Source: a virus (lineage: Duplodnaviria; Heunggongvirae; Uroviricota; Caudoviricetes). Taken from it: a stretch of DNA of 43,340 nucleotides. The notes under the pieces were generated by a model. It was not told the DNA's origin and ran no database searches. It saw only the letters and a program-made list of their open reading frames with translations. The translations under genes were made by a program, and so were the position numbers. Where the stretch lies: IMG/VR virus record IMGVR_UViG_3300034095_001584; one strand, 5' to 3'. Each line of letters begins with the position of its first letter. Within the stretch, counting starts at the first letter, position 1. Of the stretch, positions 26,588-36,522 are shown in pieces.

Positions 26588-28441
26588 ATGGATAGTATTG
26601 AAGAAGCAAAACCAAAGACACCAAAAGCAGCTTTATTACCTTTACCAAAGGATTTATTAGACTTGCTTGATGAAGTGGTTGCAAATTTTGAAAAGATTGA
26701 CACACCACTAGATACTAAGATTAAAGAAACATGGCCGTTGTATGTCATTTTTGGTGACAGTGGTAATTATCATATTGATGCATTAAGAAAAGTTCAAACG
26801 TGGATTCAATTGGATCAAAAGATTGGACTCAAAGTAAATGAGATTTCAAAAGATCCATTGATGAAACTGAGTCTTGAGAAGAATGAATTGTATAAAGGTT
26901 ATTTGGCATACAAAAACTACTATGATTCTATTTCAGGCAGAAATTCAGGAACATCATTAGAAGAAGTTACTGGTACAAAACCAAGTGGATTTATCAACAA
27001 AGACATAACTAAGTTTTATGATGCATTTAATTTAAGTCAATACAAGAGCAAAGATAAGTCCAAAGAAAATACTGGTGATGCTGTATTATTGTATGGATGT
27101 ACACCAGATGAAGTTTATTCTGCGTTAAAAAGCAATAAAGTAGGTAGTACAGGCAAAGAACAAAGTTTGTGTGTTATTTTGGATAATAAAAACAAAGAAA
27201 CCAGTAAGAGATTTGCAATAGTTTCTTTAAAGGCTGGTAAAGGTAGAGCTGGTAGAATATTAACATTGTTAAGACCAATGTTGGGGGATACTTCATCTGC
27301 ATCACCAAGTATAAGACATCCACAAGCATTAACTCCTGATGATTTCCTTCAAATCAATGAATCTTATATTGCTGAAATTTTTCAAGACATTTATGTTGAC
27401 AAACAATTGTTGACTGAAGTGGAGTTTATGAATGCGTTGAAATCTAGTTTGACAAAACTAGTTACCGCAGTTGGTAATATACCAAAATCATTAGCTGATA
27501 CAATGAGTGAATTTGCTGGTAATTTGAAGAAAGTTACCACCAAAGTATTTGGTTCTATTGTATTAGGATTTAAAGATGAAATGCAAGCTATTAAAACAAA
27601 GTATTTTCCATTGGTAAATGCAGAAGAAAATTTAAGAAAAGAAATAGAAACAACAAATGAAGGAAAAGATGAACCAATCAAAGTAACTCATAGTTTTTAT
27701 ACAAATACCGCAGTTTTGGTTAGAGAAGTTAGAAAAATCAATTATGAAAGCTTAATTGGTAGAATAATTCAAAAATCAAAACAACTAGATAACAATAAAA
27801 TATTTGTAACTGATGTACAAGATATTGATGAATCTACTATAACAGGTATTAAGAATAATATCAATAATATTTGGAATACATACTTTGTACCATTAAAAAA
27901 TAGTAAATGCGTTACAAAAAAAGTTACCTGTGAACCAATAACTTTGATTGATAGAGATGCATTCAAACCAGTCATTTATTTCAATTCTAATATTCTTGCA
28001 TTTGAATTTTTTGAAAAGATATTGGATAAAGTAATGAGTCAAGGAAGCAGTTTAAGTGATCAAAAGAAGATCAAAGATGAATTTATAAACATTTCCTCAC
28101 AAATATCTGCTGAAGCTATATTTGGTAAGAATGATGGTCTTCCGTTGATTAAATATGACGGAAAAAAGATTCAAAGATTGGGTAAGAAGAAAGAATATTC
28201 AATTTCAAGTATAGCAGAACAAAAAGGTGGTGATTTTAAAGTTGGTAAAATTGAAATAAAAAAGAGTAAGGATGGAAATTATTTTATTATTTATTTATAT
28301 CTTATATTTGAATTACAGATAATTGATGATGAAGTAGTTCCTTATTATTCATTAGTAGAACTAAGAAATGACAGTCAAAGTAGTTTTACATTCAAAGCTG
28401 AAGTAAATAAAACCGCAATACCACAAGATAAAGTATTTTAA
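26588..28441 (+). CDS. Large hypothetical protein with a possible PD-(D/E)XK nuclease-like motif
   Basis: Long ORF from ATG 26588; NTGDAVL..FAIVSLKAG resembles the D..S-x-K variant of the restriction-like fold. Function is inference only. Confidence 0.6.
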   Translation: MDSIEEAKPKTPKAALLPLPKDLLDLLDEVVANFEKIDTPLDTKIKETWPLYVIFGDSGNYHIDALRKVQTWIQLDQKIGLKVNEISKDPLMKLSLEKNELYKGYLAYKNYYDSISGRNSGTSLEEVTGTKPSGFINKDITKFYDAFNLSQYKSKDKSKENTGDAVLLYGCTPDEVYSALKSNKVGSTGKEQSLCVILDNKNKETSKRFAIVSLKAGKGRAGRILTLLRPMLGDTSSASPSIRHPQALTPDDFLQINESYIAEIFQDIYVDKQLLTEVEFMNALKSSLTKLVTAVGNIPKSLADTMSEFAGNLKKVTTKVFGSIVLGFKDEMQAIKTKYFPLVNAEENLRKEIETTNEGKDEPIKVTHSFYTNTAVLVREVRKINYESLIGRIIQKSKQLDNNKIFVTDVQDIDESTITGIKNNINNIWNTYFVPLKNSKCVTKKVTCEPITLIDRDAFKPVIYFNSNILAFEFFEKILDKVMSQGSSLSDQKKIKDEFINISSQISAEAIFGKNDGLPLIKYDGKKIQRLGKKKEYSISSIAEQKGGDFKVGKIEIKKSKDGNYFIIYLYLIFELQIIDDEVVPYYSLVELRNDSQSSFTFKAEVNKTAIPQDKVF

Positions 28442-28442
28442 T

Positions 28443-29075
28443 ATGAACATTAAGAAATTAATTTTTGAAGCATTAGACAAATCAAGCAGAGACATATCTA
28501 TTGAAGATGGTGTATTTGATATCACCAAACAAGAACACATTGAAATCTTGAGAGGTAATCTATTGGAAGTAGGTATGTCAGTAGAAACGGTGACTGATTA
28601 TCTAAATAACGTTGTAGAAGGAAAATTTCCTGAACGTCAAGCATACAACAAAAATGGTATTCTTGTAACCTTTCCAACACCGGAATATAAACAAAAAGCA
28701 ATTGCAAAGGGAACTCACTTTGAGAAAAATCCAACCAAAGGTGATCCAAATGTTTTTGCAGATGATCCAACTACTCAAGAAAAACCAAAAGCAGAACCAG
28801 AACAAAAACCAACTCCAGATCAACCAAAAGCTCCAGAGTCACCTGCCGCTAAAACTGATGAAAAACCAAAAGATGGCGAAGAACAAGACACCAGAACACC
28901 TCAAGAAAAACAAGCAGATGCTGCGGAAGTAGAGAAAATTTTAAGAACAGAGTATACCCTTGAAGAAGCCAATTCATTTGGTTTTTATCAAAAGAAAAAT
29001 ACATGGTATGACTCTAACGGTAACGTAGTGGGCAAATTATGGTATGTAGATGGTAAACAACTAATAATTAAATGA
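28443..29075 (+). CDS. Hypothetical protein with a Pro/Glu/Lys-rich linker
   Basis: In-operon ORF with one-base spacing after the upstream stop; begins MNIKKLIFEAL. Confidence 0.7.
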   Translation: MNIKKLIFEALDKSSRDISIEDGVFDITKQEHIEILRGNLLEVGMSVETVTDYLNNVVEGKFPERQAYNKNGILVTFPTPEYKQKAIAKGTHFEKNPTKGDPNVFADDPTTQEKPKAEPEQKPTPDQPKAPESPAAKTDEKPKDGEEQDTRTPQEKQADAAEVEKILRTEYTLEEANSFGFYQKKNTWYDSNGNVVGKLWYVDGKQLIIK

Positions 29076-29461
29076 AAAAACAATTACTTTGCACATTCAC
29101 TACGTCCAGTGAATATTTGAGTTGCGTAGATTTGATAAAACAAAACTACACTATTCTAAATGAAAAAATATTTATATTCAGTAATACAAAAAATTTAAAA
29201 GAATTGTATCTGACTTATAATGTTGAACTTACAGATGATAAATTCAACAAATTGCCAAATACAATAAGCGTACATAGAAAAAAACAAACCAATACAATTT
29301 ATACATTGAACGCAATGAATAAGTTGATCGCTGAAGAAAACAGTGGTGTTTTTGATAAAACCTTTCAATTGAACTGGGAATTGTACCAAAACTCAATTAT
29401 TTTAACTGGTGATGTGTCCGTCAGAATTATTCCCGTCAAAATTTTCAATATAATTAATTGA
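29072..29461 (+). CDS. Hypothetical phage protein upstream of SSB
   Basis: Start codon lies a few bases inside the 3' end region of the upstream ORF; KQLLCTF..HRKKQTNTIYTLNAMN. Confidence 0.75.
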   Translation: MKKQLLCTFTTSSEYLSCVDLIKQNYTILNEKIFIFSNTKNLKELYLTYNVELTDDKFNKLPNTISVHRKKQTNTIYTLNAMNKLIAEENSGVFDKTFQLNWELYQNSIILTGDVSVRIIPVKIFNIIN

Positions 29462-29486
29462 ACTTTTCTAAGTCCTGTGCCATAGT
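29458..29486 (+). promoter_or_regulatory. Possible sigma70-type promoter for the SSB gene
   Basis: TTGAAC (29458-29463), N17, extended -10 TGc-CATAGT (29481-29486). Confidence 0.4.
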
Positions 29487-29491
29487 TATGT

Positions 29492-29585
29492 AGTGTTATG
29501 AACAAGTGATTCGTGTGAGTCACTCAATGAGTTACAAAACTTATTAATTAACACTTAAAAATTAACTATTAAATAATTACTAATT
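29492..29585 (+). promoter_or_regulatory. Structured 5' leader of the SSB gene followed by an unstructured A/U tract
   Basis: AGTGTTA (29492-29498) pairs with TAACACT (29549-29555); inner GTGATTCGT/ATGAGTTAC and TGAG/CTCA stems; then about 30 nt of almost pure A/T up to the ATG. Confidence 0.5.
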
Positions 29586-30407
29586 ATGGCATTAGACCTA
29601 AGTAAGCTAAAGAGTCGTTTGAACTCACTTTCAAACACAAACAACAAAACTCAACTAATCTGGAAACCAAAGCCAGGCAAACAAGTTGTACGTATTGTTC
29701 CCTACAAGTATCAACCTGATAATCCGTTTATTGAGTTGAAGTTCCATTATAATATCAACAACAAGACTTATCTATCTCCTGATAGCTTCAACCGTCCAGA
29801 TCCAATTGTTGAATGGTCAAATCGTATGAAGAAGACCGGAAACAAGGAAGATTGGCAGTTGGGACGTAAGATGGAACCAAAGATGCGTACATACGCTCCA
29901 ATCTTGGTTCGTGGTGAAGAAAGTGAAGGAATTAAGTTCTGGGGATTTGGTAAGAATGTCTACCAAGAGATTCTATCAATCATCAATGATCCTGATTACG
30001 GTGATATCACTGATCCAGTCCATGGTCGTGACATTGTTGTAGAATTCCGTACCGCAGAAGATTCTGGTAAGTCATTCCCAGAAACTACTATCCGTGTCAA
30101 GCCAAATGCAACTATTGCAATTGACGTATCCCAAAAGGATGTTCTTGCTCAACAAGTGAACATTTTGGATCTATTTCCAGAGTTTTCATATGATGAACTA
30201 AAGTCAGTAATGGATGCTTGGTTGAATCCTGAAGCTCAGGCTACAGAAGGTACTGTCAACGCAATTGTGGAAGATGACGCTCCTCCATTTGCAACAGCAC
30301 CAGCTCCAAGTACAGCTAAAGCTAGTACCGCATCACCAAGTGCAAAGGCATCCAAAGCAAATACAGATGATGTAACTGCTGCTTTTGATAACTTGTTTAA
30401 CAGTTAA
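29586..30407 (+). CDS. Single-stranded DNA-binding protein (T4 gp32-like)
   Basis: WKPKPGKQVVRIVP, PFIELKFHY, KFWGFGK, YGDITDP.HGRDI and an acidic/Phe tail DDVTAAFDNLF. Confidence 0.85.
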   Translation: MALDLSKLKSRLNSLSNTNNKTQLIWKPKPGKQVVRIVPYKYQPDNPFIELKFHYNINNKTYLSPDSFNRPDPIVEWSNRMKKTGNKEDWQLGRKMEPKMRTYAPILVRGEESEGIKFWGFGKNVYQEILSIINDPDYGDITDPVHGRDIVVEFRTAEDSGKSFPETTIRVKPNATIAIDVSQKDVLAQQVNILDLFPEFSYDELKSVMDAWLNPEAQATEGTVNAIVEDDAPPFATAPAPSTAKASTASPSAKASKANTDDVTAAFDNLFNS

Positions 30408-30424
30408 AATTAATTGTTTGTAAT

Positions 30425-30459
30425 GGGGTGGTAGTATATATTACTGCCACCCCTATTTT
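30425..30459 (+). terminator. Rho-independent terminator after SSB
   Basis: GGGGTGGTAGTA-tatat-TACTGCCACCCC then TATTTT. Confidence 0.8.
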
Positions 30460-30473
30460 AGTTATATAAATTT

Positions 30474-31625
30474 ATGAAAAAGAAAAATCAAGTTACGCAA
30501 GATACTCCTCAAAGAGATGAGTTAGTTGAATTACTAGCAAATGAGTTGAATAAAGCCAATAAAGATGGTGGTAAGATTGCATATTTCTTGGATGAGCAAG
30601 AAAATCCAGCAGAAATTAGTGATTGGATTAGTACAGGTTCTTCTATTCTTGATCTAGCTATTAGCAATCGTCCTCACGGTGGATTGCCAGTTGGAAAGAT
30701 GGTTGAATTCAATGGTTTGGAAGGTACTGGTAAGAGTCTAGTTTCTGCTCATGTTGTAGCAGATACACAAAAGAAGGGTGGCATTGCAGTTGTTATTGAC
30801 ACTGAAAATGCTGCTGCTCCTGAATTCTGGAAGAGTCTTGGTGTAGATCTATCAAAACTTCTATATGTTCAATGTGAAACCGTTGAAGATATTTTTGAAA
30901 AGATGGAACAAATGATTGGAATTGTACGTAAGTCAAACAAAGACCGTATTCTTACAATTATTGTTGACTCTGTTGCTGCTGCTTCCACAAAAGCAGAACT
31001 AGAAAGTGATCACGGTAAAGATGGATTTGCTACTGGTAAATCTATTATTATCAGCAAAGCAATGCGTAAGATTACTACTATGATTGGTCGTCAAAAAGTA
31101 CTTACTGTATTTACTAACCAATTACGTCAGAATCTAAATGCTATGGCATTTGGTGACAAGTATGTAGTAAGTGGTGGTAAGTCACTTGCTTATCATTGTT
31201 CAGTTCGTGTTCGTTTGAACAACACTGGTAAACTCAAGAAAGGTGAAGAAGTTATTGGCAATGAATGTAAAGCAGTAGTTGTCAAGAACCGTATGGGACC
31301 ACCACAACGTCAAGCATCTTTTGATATTTACTTTGATAGTGGAATTGCTGATTATGGCAGTTGGATCAAAGTGTTGAAGGAAAACAACTTGGTAAAACAA
31401 GGTGGTGCTTATTATACCTATAAGAAGGATGATGGTAGTGAATGGAAGTTCCAATCCAAGGACTTTGTAGAAACAATGAAGACTGACAAAGCTTTGAGTG
31501 AAGAAGTTTACTTGAAGATTTGTGACGCTGTAGTTATGAAATACAAAGATCCAAATAGCATCATTGTTGATGACGCAGTTGTTGACACGGATGAAGATTC
31601 TGGTGTATCATCTGAGAATGAGTAA
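30474..31625 (+). CDS. recA: RecA/UvsX recombinase
   Basis: ISTGSSILDLAI, GGLPVGK, Walker A GLEGTGKS, IDTENA, Walker B IIVDSVAA, FTNQLR, SGGKSL, VVKNR. Confidence 0.93.
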   Translation: MKKKNQVTQDTPQRDELVELLANELNKANKDGGKIAYFLDEQENPAEISDWISTGSSILDLAISNRPHGGLPVGKMVEFNGLEGTGKSLVSAHVVADTQKKGGIAVVIDTENAAAPEFWKSLGVDLSKLLYVQCETVEDIFEKMEQMIGIVRKSNKDRILTIIVDSVAAASTKAELESDHGKDGFATGKSIIISKAMRKITTMIGRQKVLTVFTNQLRQNLNAMAFGDKYVVSGGKSLAYHCSVRVRLNNTGKLKKGEEVIGNECKAVVVKNRMGPPQRQASFDIYFDSGIADYGSWIKVLKENNLVKQGGAYYTYKKDDGSEWKFQSKDFVETMKTDKALSEEVYLKICDAVVMKYKDPNSIIVDDAVVDTDEDSGVSSENE

Positions 31626-32685
31626 TCTATCTGACAGTGAAAAAAAGAGGTTGTTTTCTTTATTTGATAATGTAAAACAAGAAGAAAAAGTTGGCGGATT
31701 GAATAGATCTGTCAATTCTGAAGTTCTAATTGTTGATTTCATGAACACTTTTATTAGAGCGTTCATGGCCTCCCCCTCCCTCAATACCAACGGTAATCAT
31801 ACTGGTGGAATTGCAGGGTGCTTAAAAAGCATTGGTTATGCAGCTAAACTAATCAATCCTACAAAGATTGTGGTTGTGTCTGATGGACAAGGGGGTTCAC
31901 TGAAAAGACGGAAGATTTATCCAGAATACAAGAGCGGTAGAAAGACAAAAATTAGGCTCAACAGAGCTTATGATGATCTATCTGATCCAGATACAGAAGA
32001 TAAAAACTTAAAGAAACAGTTGTTACGAACTGTACAATATCTAGATAAATTGCCTGTAACAACTATGGCAATTGATCATATTGAAGCTGATGACACAATT
32101 GCATATTTGGCAACAGAATATTTTAAAAATAGTAATGTTACCATTATGAGTGCGGATAAAGACTTCTTACAATTAGCTGGTGACAGAATTAAAATCTGGA
32201 GTCCAACTAAAAAGAAATTGTATGGTTGTGCAGAAATTCTATTGGAATATGGTATCAGTTGTAAGAATTTCATTAATTACAGAATTATGGAAGGTGATAC
32301 AAGTGATAACATTGACGGTATTTCTGGCGCAGGACTAAAAACAATCATTAAGTGTTTTCCTATTTTTACAGAAGATCATCAATATACATTGCAGGAGATA
32401 TATAACTATAGTGATAGTAAGAAGGGTAAATTAAAGTTATATAACACTATATTAGACAACAAGCATGTAATGCAACGGAACTATGATTTGATGCAGTTAC
32501 ATGACACTCAAATACAATCTTTTAGCCAACTAAGAATTAATGAAATCATTGAAAAGCCAATTAACAAATTGGATAGATTTGGTTTTAGTAAATTGTTGGT
32601 TGAAGATTGTATGCAAAACAATTTTCCAAATTCACAAATCTGGTTGAATGAAGTGTTTGGAAAAATTAATTCAATGGTTCTATAA
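31618..32685 (+). CDS. 5'-3' exonuclease / flap endonuclease (T4 RNase H, PolI N-terminal-like)
   Basis: LIVDFMN, RRKIYPEYKSGR, IEADDTIA, MSADKDFLQL and GDTSDNIDGISGAGLKT (H3TH). I prefer the ATG at 31618. Confidence 0.92.
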   Translation: MSNLSDSEKKRLFSLFDNVKQEEKVGGLNRSVNSEVLIVDFMNTFIRAFMASPSLNTNGNHTGGIAGCLKSIGYAAKLINPTKIVVVSDGQGGSLKRRKIYPEYKSGRKTKIRLNRAYDDLSDPDTEDKNLKKQLLRTVQYLDKLPVTTMAIDHIEADDTIAYLATEYFKNSNVTIMSADKDFLQLAGDRIKIWSPTKKKLYGCAEILLEYGISCKNFINYRIMEGDTSDNIDGISGAGLKTIIKCFPIFTEDHQYTLQEIYNYSDSKKGKLKLYNTILDNKHVMQRNYDLMQLHDTQIQSFSQLRINEIIEKPINKLDRFGFSKLLVEDCMQNNFPNSQIWLNEVFGKINSMVL

Positions 32686-32738
32686 AAGAACTTTTCAACT
32701 GGGGGTTTGTAGTGTAGTCTATTGAAAGTTAATAAATT

Positions 32739-34118
32739 ATGAGTGAGAAATATATCGTAGATAACCTAAAGAAATTCGGATCTGAATTCCAAATCAAATG
32801 CATTAGTGGTCTGGTGTCAGATAAAACATTCATTGAGCGTATCAGTGATATCTTGGAACCAGATAGTTTCGAGACGGATGCACATAAATTTATTGTTAAA
32901 GAAACAATCAGTTACTTTCTTCAATATAAAGATTTGCCAACCTTGGCAGTCTTTAAGGTTAAAGTTGATAGTATTGAAAATGATTTGTTGAAACAATCAG
33001 TTGTAGAACAACTTCGTTTGGTTTATCAAAAGATCAGTGATACTGATTTGAAGTATATCAAAGAACAGTTTCTTGAATTTTGTAAGAATCAGAAGATTAA
33101 GAATGCTATTATGGAGAGTGTTGATCACTTGAAGAGTGGTCAGTATGACAAAATCAAGCATGTAGTTGATCTTGCCATGAAGGCTGGTATGGAACGTAAT
33201 ATTGGTCATGAATACATGGTTGATATTGACAAACGTATGAGCATGATGGCACGTAAGTCTATCAAGACCAATTGGACAGAAGTAGACAACATTATGGATG
33301 GTGGTCTTGCTGGTGGTGAACTTGGAATTATTACTGCTTGTGCTGGTAGTGGTAAGAGTTGGGTTCTTGCCAAGATGGGTGCAGAAGCAATGCGTCAAGG
33401 TAAAAATGTATTACATTATACTTTGGAATTGAATGAAAACTATGTTGGTCTACGTTATGACGCTTGTTTTACTGGAATTGATTTCCAAAACATCCGTAAC
33501 AACATTGACATTGTTAAGAAGAAGATTGCAGAAGTGCCTGGTAAATTGATCATTAAGTACTTTCCAATCAAGACTGTATCTGCTCATAGTTTGAAACTAC
33601 ATGCTGAACGTATTCAGACTCTTGGTACTAAGGTAGATATGATTATTGTTGACTACGCTGACATTCTACGTCCTTCTCAGAGTGAACGTAATAGTAACAG
33701 TTATAGTGAAGCCGGTGGTATTTATGAAGAACTACGTGGTGTAGCTGGTGAATTACAAGTTCCTATTTGGAGTGCTTCACAAAGTAACCGTGCTGCTATG
33801 GATGAAGATATTATTCAGGCAAATAACATTTCAGATAGTTATAGAAAGATTATGACCGCTGACTTTGTTATGTCACTAAGCCGTAAGATGTCAGACAAAC
33901 AAGCTAATACTGCACGTTTCCACGTAATTAAGAATCGGTTTGGACCTGATGGTATTACATTCCCATCCAGAATGAATGCTGGTTGTGGTGATATTCAGAT
34001 CTTTGCTGAAAACAGCCGTGAGGGTATTGGCATCATCAATGAAATGAACCAAGAAGAAAACTTGGTCAAAAAGATGATGAGCAACAAGTGGAATGCTCAT
34101 CAAGACAGTGATGAATAA
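32739..34118 (+). CDS. Replicative DNA helicase (DnaB/T4 gp41-like)
   Basis: GGLAGGEL, Walker A AGSGKS, HYTLEL, IIVDYADIL, WSASQSNR, ADFVMSL, KNRFG. Confidence 0.93.
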   Translation: MSEKYIVDNLKKFGSEFQIKCISGLVSDKTFIERISDILEPDSFETDAHKFIVKETISYFLQYKDLPTLAVFKVKVDSIENDLLKQSVVEQLRLVYQKISDTDLKYIKEQFLEFCKNQKIKNAIMESVDHLKSGQYDKIKHVVDLAMKAGMERNIGHEYMVDIDKRMSMMARKSIKTNWTEVDNIMDGGLAGGELGIITACAGSGKSWVLAKMGAEAMRQGKNVLHYTLELNENYVGLRYDACFTGIDFQNIRNNIDIVKKKIAEVPGKLIIKYFPIKTVSAHSLKLHAERIQTLGTKVDMIIVDYADILRPSQSERNSNSYSEAGGIYEELRGVAGELQVPIWSASQSNRAAMDEDIIQANNISDSYRKIMTADFVMSLSRKMSDKQANTARFHVIKNRFGPDGITFPSRMNAGCGDIQIFAENSREGIGIINEMNQEENLVKKMMSNKWNAHQDSDE

Positions 34119-34154
34119 ACTTATATATTAAGTTAAACTAAAAAACATCAAAAT

Positions 34155-34191
34155 TTAATTTCAAAAATTTCCTTTTTGAAGTTAATTTTTT
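34155..34191 (+). terminator. AT-rich hairpin/terminator between the helicase gene and nrdA
   Basis: TTAATTTCAAAAA-tttcc-TTTTTGAAGTTAA then a T run. Confidence 0.55.
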
Positions 34192-34221
34192 CTATTAAAC
34201 AAATAATTATTTTTTACCTAT

Positions 34222-36510
34222 ATGAATAAAGAGATTTACATTAAAAAACGTAACGGAAAGTTGGAAAGTTTTAACGCAGACAAAATTAATAAAGTTCTAC
34301 AATGGGCTACTGAGGATATTAAGGGTGTTAGTTTTGAAGAAGTTGCAATGAATGCACATCTATCATTTTTTGATAAGATGTCTTCTGGTGATATCCACAC
34401 AATGTTGATTGAAGCGGCTTCTAATTTGATTAGTGAAGAAAAGCCTAATTATCAATATGTTGCATCAAGACTATTGAACTATAGGTTGAGAAAGAATGTT
34501 TGGGGTGGAAAAAATCCTCCTAAACTATATGATCTTGTAAAAACTAATATTGACGCATTGGTTTATGATGATGATATTCTAGAATGGTATAACAAACAAG
34601 AATTTGATAAGTTGGATGAATATCTAAAACATGATCGTGACTTTGGTTTTACATATGCTGGTATCAAACAGTTGTGTGATAAGTACTTGGTACAAAATAG
34701 ATCAACCAAACAGATCTATGAAACACCACAATTTGCATATATGCTTATTGCAATGACTTTCTTTAAAGACTATAAAGAAAACCGTCTTGAATATGTAAAG
34801 AAAGCTTACAACTACTTTAGCAAACATAAAATCAATCTACCTACACCAATTATGGCTGGTGTAAGAACTCCAATGAAGAGTTATGCTAGTTGTTCTCTAT
34901 TCACTGTAGATGATGATCTACGTAGTATCTTCAGTAACAACAGTGCAGTTGGATTTGCTACAGCTAGCCGTTATGGCATTGGATTGAATCTATCCAGACT
35001 ACGTGCTACAAATGCTCCAATTCGTAATGGTGAAGTAATGCATACTGGACCAATTCCTTTTGCTAAAGCATTTGAAGCTACTGTAAAGAGTTGTCACCAA
35101 AATGGAATTAGAGGGGGTAGTGCCACCGTCAATTTTGCATGGTTCCACTATGACATCCTAGATATTCTTGTATTGAAGAACAATCAAGGTACTGATGATA
35201 ACCGTGTTCGTAAGTTGGATTATTGTATTGGATTAGACAAACTAATCTTTGAACGGTTCTTGAAGAATCAAGATGTTACACTATTCAGTTACCATGAATG
35301 TCCTTCACTATGGAATACTTTTGGATTGGAAGGATTCAAGGAAAAGTATGAAAAGGCTGAAGCTAACAAGAACATTAAGTTCAAGAAGAAAGTACCCGCT
35401 CGTGAATTGATGGGACTATTGGCTAAAGAACGTCTTGAAACTGGACGTATTTATACAATGTTTGTTGATCACGCAAATGAACATGGTAGTTGGTTGGATC
35501 AAGTAGATACAAGCAATCTATGTCTTGAAGTTAATCATCCACTAATTCCAATCACTGATGTTAATGATAAAAACGGAGAAATTGGTGTTTGTATCTTGGC
35601 TGCTTTGAATTGGTTAGAAATCAAAGATGATGAAGAAATGGAAAGTGTCTGTGATATTATTGTCAGAATGTTGGATGCTTTGATTGAACATCAAGATTAT
35701 TTCGTACCAGCCGCAGAAAACTTTGCAAAGAAACGCCGTAGTCTTGGTGTAGGTGTAAGTAACTTGGCTGCTCTATTGGCTAAAGAAGGTTTGAAGTATT
35801 GGGATAAAGATGCTCCTAACTTTGTTGCCAAGTGGATGGAAAAGACCAGTTACTATCTAATCAAGGCTAGTGTTGAAATGGCAAAAGAAGTGGGTAAGTG
35901 TGAGAAGTTTGACAGAACAAAGTTTAGTCAAGGAGTATTGCCTATTGATACTTATAAGAGAGATGTAGATGAATTCATCACTGAACCACTACATTGTGAT
36001 TGGGAAACTCTACGTGAAGACATTAAGAAACATGGTATGAGACATTCTACATTAACTGCATGTATGCCTGTAGAGTCTAGTAGTGTAATTCAAAGTAGCA
36101 CTAATGGTATTGAACCACCACGTAGTGCTATTAGTTTCAAGGGAAGCAAGAGTAACATTTTGCCAGTAGTAATTCCAAATATTGATAAGTATAAGGACAA
36201 TTATACCTTTGCTTTTGATATGCCAAATAATGAAGGTTACTTGAAGGTTGCTGCTGCCATTCAAAAATTTACTGATATGAGTATTAGTACAAATACTTAT
36301 TATATTCCATCCCGTTATGAAAAGAATAAAGTTCCTGTTCAAGAAGTAATCAAGGACATGTTATTGGCTTACAAGTATGGTCTAAAGAATCTGTATTACG
36401 CTAATACTGATGACGGTGATAAACAAACCGTCATGGATGAAAAGAAGACAGAAATAAAACAACCAGTAGCACAAGAATCCGGTTGTGAAAGCGGTGCTTG
36501 TGCTCTATAA
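34222..36510 (+). CDS. nrdA: Ribonucleoside-diphosphate reductase class Ia alpha subunit with ATP cone
   Basis: IKKRNG ATP cone, YETPQ, PTPIMAG, ASCSL, QNGIRGG, SNLCLE (thiyl Cys), MPVESSS, TNGIEP, LKNLYY and C-terminal CESGAC. Confidence 0.96.
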   Translation: MNKEIYIKKRNGKLESFNADKINKVLQWATEDIKGVSFEEVAMNAHLSFFDKMSSGDIHTMLIEAASNLISEEKPNYQYVASRLLNYRLRKNVWGGKNPPKLYDLVKTNIDALVYDDDILEWYNKQEFDKLDEYLKHDRDFGFTYAGIKQLCDKYLVQNRSTKQIYETPQFAYMLIAMTFFKDYKENRLEYVKKAYNYFSKHKINLPTPIMAGVRTPMKSYASCSLFTVDDDLRSIFSNNSAVGFATASRYGIGLNLSRLRATNAPIRNGEVMHTGPIPFAKAFEATVKSCHQNGIRGGSATVNFAWFHYDILDILVLKNNQGTDDNRVRKLDYCIGLDKLIFERFLKNQDVTLFSYHECPSLWNTFGLEGFKEKYEKAEANKNIKFKKKVPARELMGLLAKERLETGRIYTMFVDHANEHGSWLDQVDTSNLCLEVNHPLIPITDVNDKNGEIGVCILAALNWLEIKDDEEMESVCDIIVRMLDALIEHQDYFVPAAENFAKKRRSLGVGVSNLAALLAKEGLKYWDKDAPNFVAKWMEKTSYYLIKASVEMAKEVGKCEKFDRTKFSQGVLPIDTYKRDVDEFITEPLHCDWETLREDIKKHGMRHSTLTACMPVESSSVIQSSTNGIEPPRSAISFKGSKSNILPVVIPNIDKYKDNYTFAFDMPNNEGYLKVAAAIQKFTDMSISTNTYYIPSRYEKNKVPVQEVIKDMLLAYKYGLKNLYYANTDDGDKQTVMDEKKTEIKQPVAQESGCESGACAL

Positions 36511-36511
36511 T

Positions 36512-36517
36512 AGGAGG
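36512..36517 (+). promoter_or_regulatory. Shine-Dalgarno site for nrdB
   Basis: AGGAGG 5 nt before the ATG at 36523; the only full-consensus SD I noticed in the window. Confidence 0.7.
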
Positions 36518-36522
36518 ATAAA

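Noticed and set aside
32689-32731. Imperfect inverted repeat AACTTTTCAA..TTGAAAGTT or a weak promoter before the helicase gene
   Set aside because: The loop is large, there is no U tract and the -35 is poor; too weak to call.
34119-34133. Inverted repeat ACTTA-tatat-TAAGT upstream of nrdA as an NrdR box
   Set aside because: It is a single copy, matches the NrdR consensus poorly, and is expected by chance in AT-rich DNA.
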